A DNA stretch of 64,000 bases, from assembly GCA_010909165.1 (NCBI GenBank), contig MU008164.1, forward strand, positions 1,116,001 through 1,180,000, read 5' to 3'. The notes below the pieces were generated by a model, which did not search any database, was not told where the DNA came from, and saw nothing but the letters and a program-made list of their open reading frames with translations. Source of the stretch: Anthoceros angustus. Its lineage: Eukaryota > Plantae > Anthocerotophyta. Shown here in pieces: positions 1 through 11,562 of this stretch. The position numbers were made by a program, and so were the translations under genes. The first letter of the stretch is position 1. Each line of letters starts with the position of its first letter.

Positions 1-2851
1 TTGCACCGGAATCGGACTTGGCGGGGAGAGAAGTACTGAAACTAGTGGCGGACAGGAGTCATGTCCACGCCAGCTTGGGTGACACCAAAAACCTGCACCA
101 CCACTTGGACTGCTGGGGCATGTGGAAGTGGAACCTGCTCCAGCGCACCTGGATATTATGTGGACCAACAACGGCTGCGTACAAGTACAAAATTTCTGCT
201 CCTCCGCATTTTTGCAAACGCACTTGGGATTCCTGTCGGATCATGATAAGACTCCTATTCATTCATGGGCTAGAAGAAGAAGATGATGAAGAAGAAGAAG
301 TCTATTGTAGTCCATTTGGATGGAATTTTTCTATCGTGGAACGTGGTATTTAACAATTTCTACCAATGGTGTGCCTCAGGTACTAGCACCAAGGGCATCC
401 ACTCCTTCAAGGCATTCATTGTTATTAATGTGTGTCCATTTGGCCTCAATCTGCCCCGAGTGTGGGGCTATGCAAAGTCATGGGCATAATGACCGAGCAA
501 GAAAGTGAAGAGACCTTTAGTCTTCTCCAAAGCTTTTTTAAAGCTATCTACACTTGTGACTTGGGCTAGGATTTACATGCTAGGAATTGAGGAGACTTTA
601 TTCAAAACACGGACAAAGGTACTCCTATCTACATAGGTACTCCACATGGAGAGCTCCCATGAGAGCTTCCAGCAGAAACCACGTCCATGTGGTTCTTAAC
701 ATGCGAAACATTCTAACAGCTGGCCATGGAGACGGTGTTTGTGTGTGGTGGTGGGTTGGTCAGAAGTGCTTTGGCTATGGACCACAAGGCTAACAGGGGA
801 CAGCTGTCGCATACACTTGTTTGCAGCTCACAGATGTTTGGAGGCCGGCAACAAGCCGTTTTGAGCCATAACTTAGCCCGACACGGATGAGGGATGAGGG
901 ATGAGGGAAGGTTCTGGACGTCAGGCATTGATAGGAGGCGAATCTCGGGCCGCCGAGATTGCGCGGACGACCGCATTTGTTCCCGGCCAGAAGATGGGCT
1001 TCCCTGCGCGCGGCGAAACCACGCCGGCGAAACGCCACTCCACGTGACCTAATTCCCAGCGCTGCCCGCCCCTGGCACCCAGCCGCTGATGTGGCAACAG
1101 CGCTTCCCAGCCACATCATCCGTCCCGCGACCGCGACCGGCAGTCCGGGACCGGTCGCCGGCCTCTGCCGCCTCGGACCCGGACCTGCAAGGCTGCAACC
1201 TGAGGCCCCGGAGCCTGCTGTGTGTGCGCGTGTCCCAGCCACCCGAGCCGCAGGAGCCACAAGCTTTTCGTAATTTGAGAAAACCTTTTTATTTGCGGAA
1301 ATTTCTCAGCCAAAAGCTTTTCCTCTCTCCAGCGGCCGCCTCTCTCCTCGCACGCGCACCTCGGGCCTGCGCCCGGTCTTTACGTTCCCGGCGCGCCTCA
1401 CGTTTCGGTCGCGAGGCGCGGGACGTGTAAGCCGGGCGGTCGGGTACACATGGGGTCCCTCCCTCCCGCTTGCCTGCCTGCTCGCTGGCTCTGCTTTGCG
1501 TGCTGCTGTTCCTGCTCCCCTCAGATTGGTGTTCTGCCTTCGCCGCAGCGCCTGCTGGTGTTGTGCACGTCTCCGTGCTGGCTCGAGAGTTGCTGTTGAA
1601 GCGCGCGCGACTGGAATCGGTGCAGGGTTGGCTCGATTCCCGCAGATCCAGCCCGCAGGCATTCGCTCCTTGTGGGAGGCAGCAGCAGCCGGGAAGGCGC
1701 TGCGGTGGCTGTTCCGGTCTCTGCTGAGCCCGCCTGCTCGGCCGTGCTTTCTGCTGGAAGCTCTCTTGGAGCAAGAGGAAGCTCGGACTGCCGCTCTTCT
1801 GCTGCTTTGCTCCGCCCTTCGCCTCTGGTTCGGGGGTAGGGATACCGGCCTTGCGCTTGGTTGAGTCCTGCCGGGCGCATTTTCGCTGCCCATCTCTGTC
1901 CGGATCCTGGGTTTGGTTGTGGGCGATAGAGAGCGTTCGTTTCGTGGTCGTTCTTCGACGTTTTGTCACATTTCAGCCCCTTTTGTCCCATTCGGAGGCC
2001 TCCGGAGTGGGAGGGGTTTTGGGTGAATTGGAGGTTCAAGTCGGAGTTGCAGGAGCAGGAGGGATATATTTCTTGGAGGATTGCAGGAATGTGTGCAGGG
2101 AGTGGGTTGGTGAAGTGAATGCTGGAGTAAAGCTGATCGATTGGAGGAGTTTTGTGTGGTCAGATCTGGGAGCGGAATCTGGGTGCTGTGGGAGCTGACA
2201 TTGAGCTGCGGGTGCTGGCTGAGGTGTGGGAAGGGATAGGGAGGGGGAAGGCTTATTGCATGGCATCGGAGGTATCGGATGGGACTGCGGAGATAGGGAG
2301 CGGAAGCAGCAGCGGAGTGACAGAGGATTGTTGCATGCTGTCCATGATTTCAAATTTCTAGCACTCGTGAGCACGATGTTTTTGCGGAGATGCCTGGTGT
2401 CGGAAGTGAAGCTGAAGGTTGGCCGGGTTTGAGGAGGAAGGAAGAAGAGGTGTTTTGTGGGGCCAGGGACAGGTGTGCATGTCTGTGCTGGACGATTTAT
2501 GAGGGTTCGGACAGACTGCGGGGAGAAGTTGGAAACTGCTGCTGGGAGTACCGAATGCTGGAAATGCAGTCTTGCTGATAACTTCGGAGAGGCAGGGACC
2601 TCGGCAGGTGTAAGGTGCTGGTAGGAAGAACGGTTGCCACGATGAATTCCTCCCCAACGGTTGCATCACAGGTTTGTGCTGCTGTACGACATGAAATCCT
2701 GTGAAGTTGCTGTCTTGCTGGAGTAGAAGGGAGAGTGAGGGAGGGTGTGGCGTTTGTGGCATATTGGGAGAATTAGCAGTCAGTGAAACACTTCCTCTCC
2801 TCTGTTGCCGTGGCTTGACTCTTGTGGTGCGTCCGAATTTGCAGCAGGATA

Positions 2852-5800
2852 ATGGGGATCGCACTGGGTACTGGAGAGCATTCGGAAGCGGGAGTCCGCT
2901 TTTCGGGGATGTCAGCGGCTTGCCCTCGCTCGGGAAGCTTCCCAGTGGAGAGATCTCTTCTTCGGGGGACGAGCTTGCTATGAAAGTATGTCTCAACAAT
3001 ACCCTTAGATATTCGTCTTGCATGGCACTTCTCACCATGGATCACTGATGCATAGTGTGCATCGTGATGGCTTACAGGTCAGGAAGCCCTACACTATCAC
3101 CAAGCAGAGGGAAAGATGGACGGAGGAAGAGCACACCAAGTTCCTCGAGGCTCTCAAGCTGTATGGCCGTGCATGGCGTCGGATAGAAGGTCAGCACGTT
3201 CGTCCTGATTTGGCGTGGTCCTAATATGGGTGCTTGGAGTCAAACCTCTGGCCCCTTGCATTGTGTTGGAGTCTTACTTGAAAATGTCCTCCTCGGTTCG
3301 CAGAGCACATCGGCACCAAGACTGCAGTGCAGATCCGAAGCCATGCCCAGAAATTCTTCTCCAAGGTCTATATTTTGTGCAATCCTTGTGTGGGCCATTC
3401 TTGTCAACTGTCTGCAGCTCGTGTGGTGTGGCCTGCAAATCTTGTCCCCATAGTCGTGCCAGATGTTGGTGAGCTCAAGGATCTGAGTGGCTGTTAACCA
3501 AGGCATCTTTAACTCGGTTGGGAGGCTTGGAACTCGGCTTGTGCTTAATGTCCTCATGTTTTTCTCTGCAGCTGGAGAGGAGGCTACAGCAGCTGGCGGG
3601 GTTGTGGCTGGAGTGTCTCAGGATATAGACATCCCTCCACCGCGGCCGAAACGGAAGCCAAGTCATCCTTACCCGAGAAAAGCTGGAGGTAGTTTCTCCA
3701 ACAGCCCTTCGGTGGCTGATGATGATAACTCTCACACTGGCGCGGGTTCCCCTGGCAAGCCAGGGATCCCTGGAGGTGCAAACCATGGAGAGGGGTTGAT
3801 GAAGGTATGCTCCCTGGCAGGCCGGTCTGTCCGGCTTCTGATGTCCGCAACACCTCTTCTTGCCTCTCTCTGTACGTGTGGTGTCTCACGATCGTGTCTG
3901 GCATGCAGCCTGCGGCATTTTCACCGTATGGACTGAAGCCACCACCTCTGGAGATACCCAGCTCTGCTTCCCAGCCGACTGTGTCACCAGCGAGTCTGAA
4001 ATTGTTTGGACAAACGGTCGTGGTCCCAACAGCTCACAAAGCGCTTCTTTCTGCTTCTAGTGACTTGCAGGTCGGCCCATCAGGGCCAGGTGTTGCAGAA
4101 GGAGCTTGTGAGACATTCGAGGAATCCTTGCAGGGAGTGGAAAGGAAAGCCGGGGAGGGAGCTGGAACCAGGAGGCCACCTTCAGGTTCCAGCGGTGAAC
4201 TCTCCACAACAGGTACTTCAGAAATCAGCGTCCTGGAGTCTGGCATCAGTGCTTTGGAAGGTGCCAGCAACTCCTCTGCAGCTGAGCAAGTATCCCGCAG
4301 AACAGGTCACAAGCCATCAGGAAGCCGGGAGATAGAACCATCCTCCCAAGGCCAGTCCCGGAGGAATGAAGAAGCTATGCAACACTCTCCTCCAATCCAC
4401 AGGTTTGCACAGTCCGCGGAGGGACCCTCTTTCGATTACTCTCAGTATCGTCAAGGCACGGCCACGGTAGCTCATCATCTGGCAGCTGCTTTAAGTGCAG
4501 GGATGCACCTCCATAACATGACTGAGAGGCCGCCCTTCTCTCTCATCGACTTTCATCCTGCAAGATTCATGGGGTACCCCACCCACCCAGGGGCTCCTCA
4601 GCACCCTGCGTTCGGAAACTTGGAGAGTCTGGCTCGGATTGCAGGCATTGCTCCATGGCAGACCGGAGCCACTGAGGCTCCGGCTTTTACTCCAGGGATG
4701 TGGCCAACGCTCATCCCAGCCGCGGCTGCAGCAGGAGCAAGAGTGGCCTTGCCCCTGGGAGTCCCTCTTCCAGGTACCATTCAGAGAATGAGGCCTGCAG
4801 AGGACGGATCAGGCAACCAAGATGCTGCCGGCACAGCAGCAGCAGTAGCAGCAGCCACCATCGCTGCTGCCTCAGCCTGGTGGGCTCTCCAGGGCAGTGT
4901 GCCTCCAGGTGTAGTCCATCCCTCCATGGCTGCCATGTACAGTCCAGGTGCGGCTGCTGCTGCAGCTGCTGCCGCAGCAGCAGCAGCTGCCATGGCCAGT
5001 GCTGCTGAAGCCGGAGTGATGCCATCCTGCCCCCCTCCTCTTCCCCCTAACAGGGCTCCACAAAAACAAGAGCCCGAGGCGGAGGACGAGCAGCAGGTGG
5101 GCTCCAACAACGACAGCGACGAAGGCGTCCCAGACGAAGCCCCATCCCGAAAGTGCAGTGCTGCCAAGCGTGCAGAGCGGGCGTCCAGGATGAAAGAGCA
5201 GAAGGCTCGCCGTGTGAGCCTCAGTGGTCCTGCAGCATGTACAGATTCTTCTCCCTCGGGCTGGGGCACCAGCCCGAGGCTGAGCTATGCGGGGAGCTAC
5301 AGCGAGAGCAGTGCCTTCCCTGGCGCCCTCCTTCTGGGCGACACAAATCGAGGCAAGCCCAGATCGGGCAAACCCTCCGTGGTGCAGAAGGACAGCGAGA
5401 ACAAGCGGGCAGGCCCGTCCAGCTCCAACGGCGAGGAAGGCAGGAAGCGGGCCAGGGTGAGATCCGTGAGTGGGTCCAACACTCCTCCCCGCGAGGAAAG
5501 AACCGGCAGCGACGTGGAGAAGAGCGGTGACGAGAGGCCATGCCAGCCCTCCTCCTCCGGGAGCGATGGCAGCGGTGCTGGACGGGACGGTGGCAACCGT
5601 AGCTCGGATTCCTCTGGCTGCGGGAACGGGAACGAACAGGGGAACGGAGGAAGGTCTGGCTCCTGCGACGGTGGCTCTTCCGACGGCGAAGGCCCCCTGG
5701 CCAGGGAAGAAGGCAGGGGAAGCACGTCACCTGATGATGGAGACAACGCTGTACAGAGCGAGCATGCTGGGAACGGTGGGAAACCACCATCTCCTTCCCA

Positions 5801-6443
5801 AGACCAAAACAGACTCGGCCTCTCTGGAGGAGATGCGGAAGGCAACAAGCTCCGGGATCAACAACCCCGGTCCCCGGGTACTGACATCCAGCGAAACTGG
5901 CTCTCGGAGGAAACCCGACAGCAGGTGCAGGGAGGAGATGCTGCTGTCCCGCCCACCATGCCACTACAGAACCATGGTACTCCTCAAGAAGGCACTGGCA
6001 TTGCCCATGAGCAGGAAGGAGAAGCATTCCAGACGGGAAGCGTGCCCAACATCGGAGGAGAGCGGGAGGAAGAGGAAACCTGTTCTGCCCAAAAGGAAGG
6101 CGAGGGTCCTGGAGCAGCAGCAGCAGGGACAGGAACAGGAACAGGAACAGCTGCTGGGTTTGGGAACAGATGTATAGACTCAGACGCTGAGGCTCATCTC
6201 CAGCGGCTGTCCATGTTCCGAACTTGTCCGCCCACGTTGTCCACGGCTTCCAGCAGCGGGAGTGCTCGGTTCAGCGGAGTGGGATTTGTACCATACCAGC
6301 GCAACTCCACGGAGGCCAGCGGGAGCGGCGTGGACAGTCCTGGCAGCAAGCATCCCCGCTCCGAGGACGCTTGCAACTTCGAAGGTGAGTCATGGAAGGA
6401 AAAGCGGGCTTGCACCAGGCAGGAAGCAGCCGTGCAAGCGTGA
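2852..6443 (+). CDS. LHY/CCA1: LHY/CCA1-like (REVEILLE family) single-MYB SHAQKF circadian clock transcription factor; start uncertain
   Basis: Spliced reading [10 protein letters not shown]|[37 protein letters not shown]|[21 protein letters not shown]|...[25 protein letters not shown] introns at 2986-3077, 3190-3303, 3366-3571 (or -3579) and 3805-3908. Last exon 3909-6443 has [20 protein letters not shown] and GFVPYQR motifs typical of LHY/CCA1. No in-frame ATG directly upstream of SSSGDEL; frame problem at the exon-4 acceptor (see findings). Confidence 0.92.
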
Positions 6444-7539
6444 ATGACTCCAGTCAGCTGCGGTGCGCAGCCTCGCCTTCCTGTAGACCAGATTCCTTAC
6501 TGCAGAGCAGATTCTTTGGCGATTTGTACATTAGCAGTTGCAAAGCATCAGGCCTGGATTGAGTGACCCTACAGTAGCCGTGTTGTCGATTGCTCCCGAC
6601 GTCCAGTGCCATTAGCCTCGTAGAAACCATGTGTAGATCGGCAGGCCAGCAAGGATGCCATCAAAGTTTTCCCTCCAAGGCTTTGTCTATCTCTCGAGGT
6701 TGAAACCCTCCTCACCGTGTGTTTAGTACCTTCCCGTTCCCCAATCTGCAACACCCGCACCGTCTGCAGCCTTTTCCACAGCATGTTCATCCTCACGCCT
6801 ACAAGAAGGGACTCCATGCCCCCCTTCCTGAGGCATGCAGTAAATAATAAACTGTCTTCATATTCTAAAGATCTAACTTAAATTCCATGTTCATTGTTCA
6901 CGTTTTAGATAAAACTGTCTGAATACAAAATATATTACAAAGGTATACACATATATGTCAATACTTTATATTAATGAGAATATAGTCTATATTTTAATGA
7001 GTATTATTATAAAGCTAAGTTATTACAATTTTGATATGTATTAGATGTAGGGCAGCACTTGCGTGTAGCCTGCTCCACGGCTAATGTTCAAGGCCGGTTG
7101 GTCTGGACCTAGCGTGCAAAGCACATATCTCTCTCTCTCTCGTAAGCCTGTTAATATGATGTTATACCTCACACACTTACACTCATGCATATATGCAGAT
7201 GATGTTAAATACCACTGATCCTAGCTACGATGCTGATATGTGTGACAAGGAAAGACAGGCTGAAGCCTGACTCCTCATTCTTCAGCAAGGAGACATGTAC
7301 GTTCACAGACAACTCAATGTGCAAAAGGACCACACACGCATTCTCGAAATCGAAGCATCACGTTTGATACACACACACAGAATGACGGTCAAATGTAGAA
7401 CTCTAAACCATAAGGCAAGGGAATGGCTTGAGCGAGTCAGCCTTGTCTCACAAAATCATCTAGATGAATAAAGATGGGCCTGATGGGCCTGAGTGTGGCC
7501 TTCTGCTTGATTGTGACTCAACAACCTCACACTCTTATA

Positions 7540-7790
7540 CATCTATCATGCCTCCAAGGGCCATTCTCCATAGTTGGACGAGGGGAACTCCTTCCACTCA
7601 ATTCCAAACTACCCCTATGGCTTCCTACTCCTATAGCCTCCTACCTATTATGAGCAAGAGTTTGAACAAAGGTGGCAGCGATGCTCCATGTTCCTTTTCT
7701 GATTTGCCCCACACATATGCATGTAATCGACTTATTAATTTTTTGAGTGTCTCATGTGAACTTGGCTATTACGTGCAATTAATGGATCAT
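7540..7790 (-). mobile_element. Degenerate L1-type LINE reverse-transcriptase C-terminal remnant
   Basis: Minus-strand reading TLKKLISRLHAYVWGK...ALGG with stops resembles the plant L1 'KL...FLWG...GGLG' region. Short and decayed. Confidence 0.3.
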
Positions 7791-8529
7791 ACTTAGCATC
7801 TACTTTCTTCTCGCCTAAGCGATCTTACACATATACTTTTCTCATACATATGTTGGATTGACTTATTTTTCTTGGTGCATATACATTTACCTTTTATGAC
7901 TTGAACTACCTTAAGTACTTTCTATATATGGGTTCTTTGTGATTCCCTATATATATAGATTATATGGCATTTTCATCAATTTTTCTTCTTAGGTATGAAA
8001 CACCTGATATTGATCTTACCCTATTAGCTTAAATAGAGGGCCCTGCATTTGCAGACTCGCACAAGGGGGGACCAACCTACCCCATTTGGAGGGACTGACT
8101 TATCTGGAGCTTGGATTTTAAAGGGTCCCAAGTGCACATTGAAGAGCTCAGCTTTTACAGGATCTCCAAGTGCACAAAGAAGACCAACGTGCCTCACTTA
8201 GCGGGGACCAACATAGCCAAAGCTAGGCTTTTAAAGATCCTCAAGTTTTGTTTTATCATTTAATATGTGGGTGTGATATATCGAACTTGGTAGACGTACC
8301 TTGGATGTTTTTTCCTTGAAAATAGAGCGAGTATATATCACTTGGATGTTTGTCTTATATGGCTTTTTCTCTTGTATTTCTAGAATATGCAATGATCACT
8401 CTCATGTCTTGTGTTCCACAGTATTGCAAACTTAATTGTCACAAGCTTGGTTACACTGTCACGCAATACAATCAAGCAAGTAGATCTCATCAAGGAAGTT
8501 TGAGTTGACAAATAGATGTGACAACCCAA

Positions 8530-9345
8530 ATGGATGGGTGCTCTATGTTAGGTAAACATGAATTTGGAGATATCTACATGTTAGGAAAGAAAATTGGCCA
8601 AGGAGGATATTCAAATATATTTAAATGTAAGCATATAGATACGCACAAATGGTATGCTTGCAAAATAATGGAAAACCTTCCACAACACAAATTGGAAATT
8701 AAGATCTTGCAATCACTCCCTCCACATCGCAATATATTATCTTTTCATGAAGTATTTGAAACGGATGAGCGGATCATATTGGTTACCAAGCTCTATATAG
8801 GTGGAGACTTGAGAGAATACATGAAAAAGAATTATGATGATATCAAGTGTAACGTAGCTGGAGTTATGCGACAAATTATGGATGCTATCAAATTTTGCCA
8901 CGATCATGGTATCATCCATCGAGATGTAAAACCTGAAAACTTTGTTTGTGAATATCAACATGATAAAGGAACTGTACAAGTAGTTCTGATTGATTTTGGA
9001 TTCGCCACTTTTCACAAAGAGAATCAAGTACATAATCAAACTGTGGGTAGTTATTGGTACATGGCACCTGAAATATCCAGGCTCCAAAACCATGATACCA
9101 AGGTAGATATTTGGAGTGCTGGAATTTTGTTTTATGAATTGTTATGTGGAAAGCGACCTTATTATGGAGAATCTCTTGCATCAATGAATGAGGCAATCAC
9201 AAATACAAAATTGAATTTTGAAAATGATGAAGGGGTGGAAAGATCAAAGACAGCAATTTCCTTAGTCTCTGACATGTTGCATCAAGATCTTAATGGTCGT
9301 CCAAGTGCACATAAAGTGTTGACTCATCCTTGGTGGAACACATAA
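8530..9345 (+). CDS. Intronless minimal Ser/Thr kinase, CDPK/PPCK-like catalytic domain only
   Basis: ATG at 8530. GQGGYS, YACK, HRDVKPEN, DFG, APE, DIWSAG and HPW motifs all intact; stop right after subdomain XI with no EF-hand or autoinhibitory tail. AT-rich codon use. Confidence 0.85.
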   Translation: MDGCSMLGKHEFGDIYMLGKKIGQGGYSNIFKCKHIDTHKWYACKIMENLPQHKLEIKILQSLPPHRNILSFHEVFETDERIILVTKLYIGGDLREYMKKNYDDIKCNVAGVMRQIMDAIKFCHDHGIIHRDVKPENFVCEYQHDKGTVQVVLIDFGFATFHKENQVHNQTVGSYWYMAPEISRLQNHDTKVDIWSAGILFYELLCGKRPYYGESLASMNEAITNTKLNFENDEGVERSKTAISLVSDMLHQDLNGRPSAHKVLTHPWWNT

Positions 9346-10907
9346 CTCCAAAACACAAGTTAAACTATGTAATATATTTTGCATGTGAATAAAGTATTTT
9401 TATTCACTTCATATTATTTTTTTAATTTTAGAATTATTTATCCTCATGAGTTATCTTCATTACAGTTTATCTTATGGTACTTTAGGTAGATAGAGCATTG
9501 GATCTCCGAATTGCATGTCCTGGTTGATACCCTCTTTAATGCAATGAAACATGCTGACCAAGGGCTCCCTCGTGAATGGTATATTATTCGTGAATTCCAG
9601 GGCCACCTCAGTCCACATCAATTCGGCATCACTACTTCGGGGGGTGTGAGTGTGTGGCTTTTGGAGTGGGGGCGATCCTGGAGTCCCATCTTGATTGGGT
9701 CGCATTGCAAGTGGACATCGAGAATGTTTTTAACACGGTCCCCAGGGTGGCCATTTTCGATGAGCTCAAGGACGCAGGTGGGCAGCTTGCTAGCCTTATT
9801 CCTTTTGTCCGCTCCTTCTACAGGTCTCCTTCCAATCTCTGCTATCAGAATGGGCTCGCGGTCGATGGGGTTTCGGTGTTGGCCTCAGTAGCTGGCAACA
9901 GGCAGGGGGATCTGTTGGGGGGCGCTCTTTTTACCATGGCTCAATTCCGAGCTCGGTCCATAACTGCCTCCTCATTTTGGGATTGTATGTATCCCTGAGT
10001 GGCGGACGATACCCATATCATGGGGCTAGGTGCTTGAGGGGTGGTCAAGGGTGCTTTTGAACTATTCTCTTCGGAGCTCTCATGCCTCGGTCTGAAGGTG
10101 AAGATTTTAAAGAGCAGGGTTTGGTCCCCCTCCGGCGTGGTGCCCTCTCTTCAGTATTCTGAGGGGGATATTGCTTTCCCATAGGGCCTTCGTCTTATGG
10201 GGCTCTCGGTGGGGCCCCCAACTTTCATGTAGTAATTCGTGGATGTGGTTTTGCAAGAGATTCTAGCACATATTGGCGATCTCTCCCAATTAGGGGATCC
10301 ACAAGTGGCATTTAGTATTCTATCTTTTTGTTTTGCGTTCCAGCCAGGCTACATCCTCCGCACAAAATTTTTCGCCCTCCTCGGGGTTCTTGTCCAGCTT
10401 GAGGGGTCTTGATAGGCAGGTTCTATAGGCGCTGGCCGACATCATTAGCCCGGGCACCTTCGAGTGTGCCGCCGAGGACTTGGCCAGGCGACAGGCATCC
10501 CTCCCCGTCGCGTTTGGGGGCACTGCTCTTTTGGCCACATAGGCCTCTACGCCGATGGCTTTCCTTGGGAGTTGGGCCCTCTCTGCCCCCATCCTGGTCT
10601 CTCATTTCATCATCAGGGACTCTCGCATTTTAGAGTGGGGGTGGAGGAGAGTGTTTTTCCCCTGCAGGTGTCCCTCCGTTTGGCTAGGGGATCCCTACCC
10701 ATAGAGGCTAAGGTTGCCTTGCCTTCTTTTGCTTCGCTCCCCAAGGTTGGATTTCGCGGACTTCAAGCATCCCTTTTGGAACAGCAATATCGGCAGGCGC
10801 AGCTGGCCGTTCTTTGGGACTCGTCCATCCCCAGGGCTGCTCGTGCCGTCTCTGCTTTTACTCAGGTAAAGGAGCAGGTTCATGGCTTCTTGCTCGGCCT
10901 TGCATCC

Positions 10908-11111
10908 TATAGAGGTTATGGCGTGGCCAGCCTGATCGTAGACAGCCTCATGATCGAAAAGCACGAAGGTGCACAAGCGTAGGCGTAAAAGATAACTACA
11001 TTGAGTTCAAAGAAGCATATCAACAAAGAGCGAGTTGTAACTGTTTTAACCTAACTTAATTACGAAACGTTATTGGGTTAGTGTTTGAAATTGGTAATTG
11101 CCATTCTAATA
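10908..11111 (-). repeat. 3' LTR of Copia 1
   Basis: Direct repeat of 18114-18294 with several indels; abuts the PPT. Confidence 0.9.
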
Positions 11112-11562
11112 CGCCCCCTCAGACCTAGCGCCAATCTTATCCCGCAGCGGAAGGCTTGAGGTGAAGCGCAAAACGCATCAACACGCGCTTGCTATGGCAG
11201 GTGCATGCCGGGCCGATCGCCGCCGATCGTTGAGCTTGCCCTAGCGATCCGCTAGCTCGCCGGTACATCGCCCCTAAATCCCATGCTCACCGCAAGGTGA
11301 TTAAGGTGAAGTGCAGAACCCGTGTATCCACCATGTGTGAAGATCCGCTGCGAGGTGACCGACGTAACTCATGCCTGTAGCAATGGTATGGCGATAAAGC
11401 TAAGAGTTTTTCGTGAGTCCTGATTTGTTTACCTTGATGCTTCATCCAGGACTGATTCATGTGCGTGTGTGTAGGTAATGCAGGACTGGCTCCAATAAAT
11501 GAGTTATGCGTAACACCCGGGAGATGTGTTCTCCGTGGATGCCCAAACGCTGCACCAGAATC

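Noticed and set aside
1-800. Short ORFs including a CPECG...H zinc-knuckle-like string and an acidic run
   Set aside because: Motif incomplete, frames broken, no family recognisable; possibly TE debris.
1041-1046. G-box CACGTG upstream of the clock gene
   Set aside because: A single hexamer is expected by chance and the TSS is unknown.
790-2780. Many overlapping 100-226 aa ORFs on both strands upstream of LHY/CCA1
   Set aside because: GC-rich promoter and 5' leader with low stop density; no domain signatures.
8117-8246. Three degenerate TTTTA(A/C)AG...CAAGT(GCACA) repeats
   Set aside because: Short, irregular spacing and no associated feature.
8530-9345. Giant-virus or contaminant origin for the AT-rich kinase
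   Set aside because: No viral hallmark genes nearby and the flanks are continuous with plant TE debris; composition alone is insufficient.
9385-9407. 9-bp hairpin containing AATAAA after the kinase; similar TAAAGTATTTT after the RING gene
   Set aside because: Easily arises by chance in AT-rich 3' regions; not a Helitron end because no CTRR follows.
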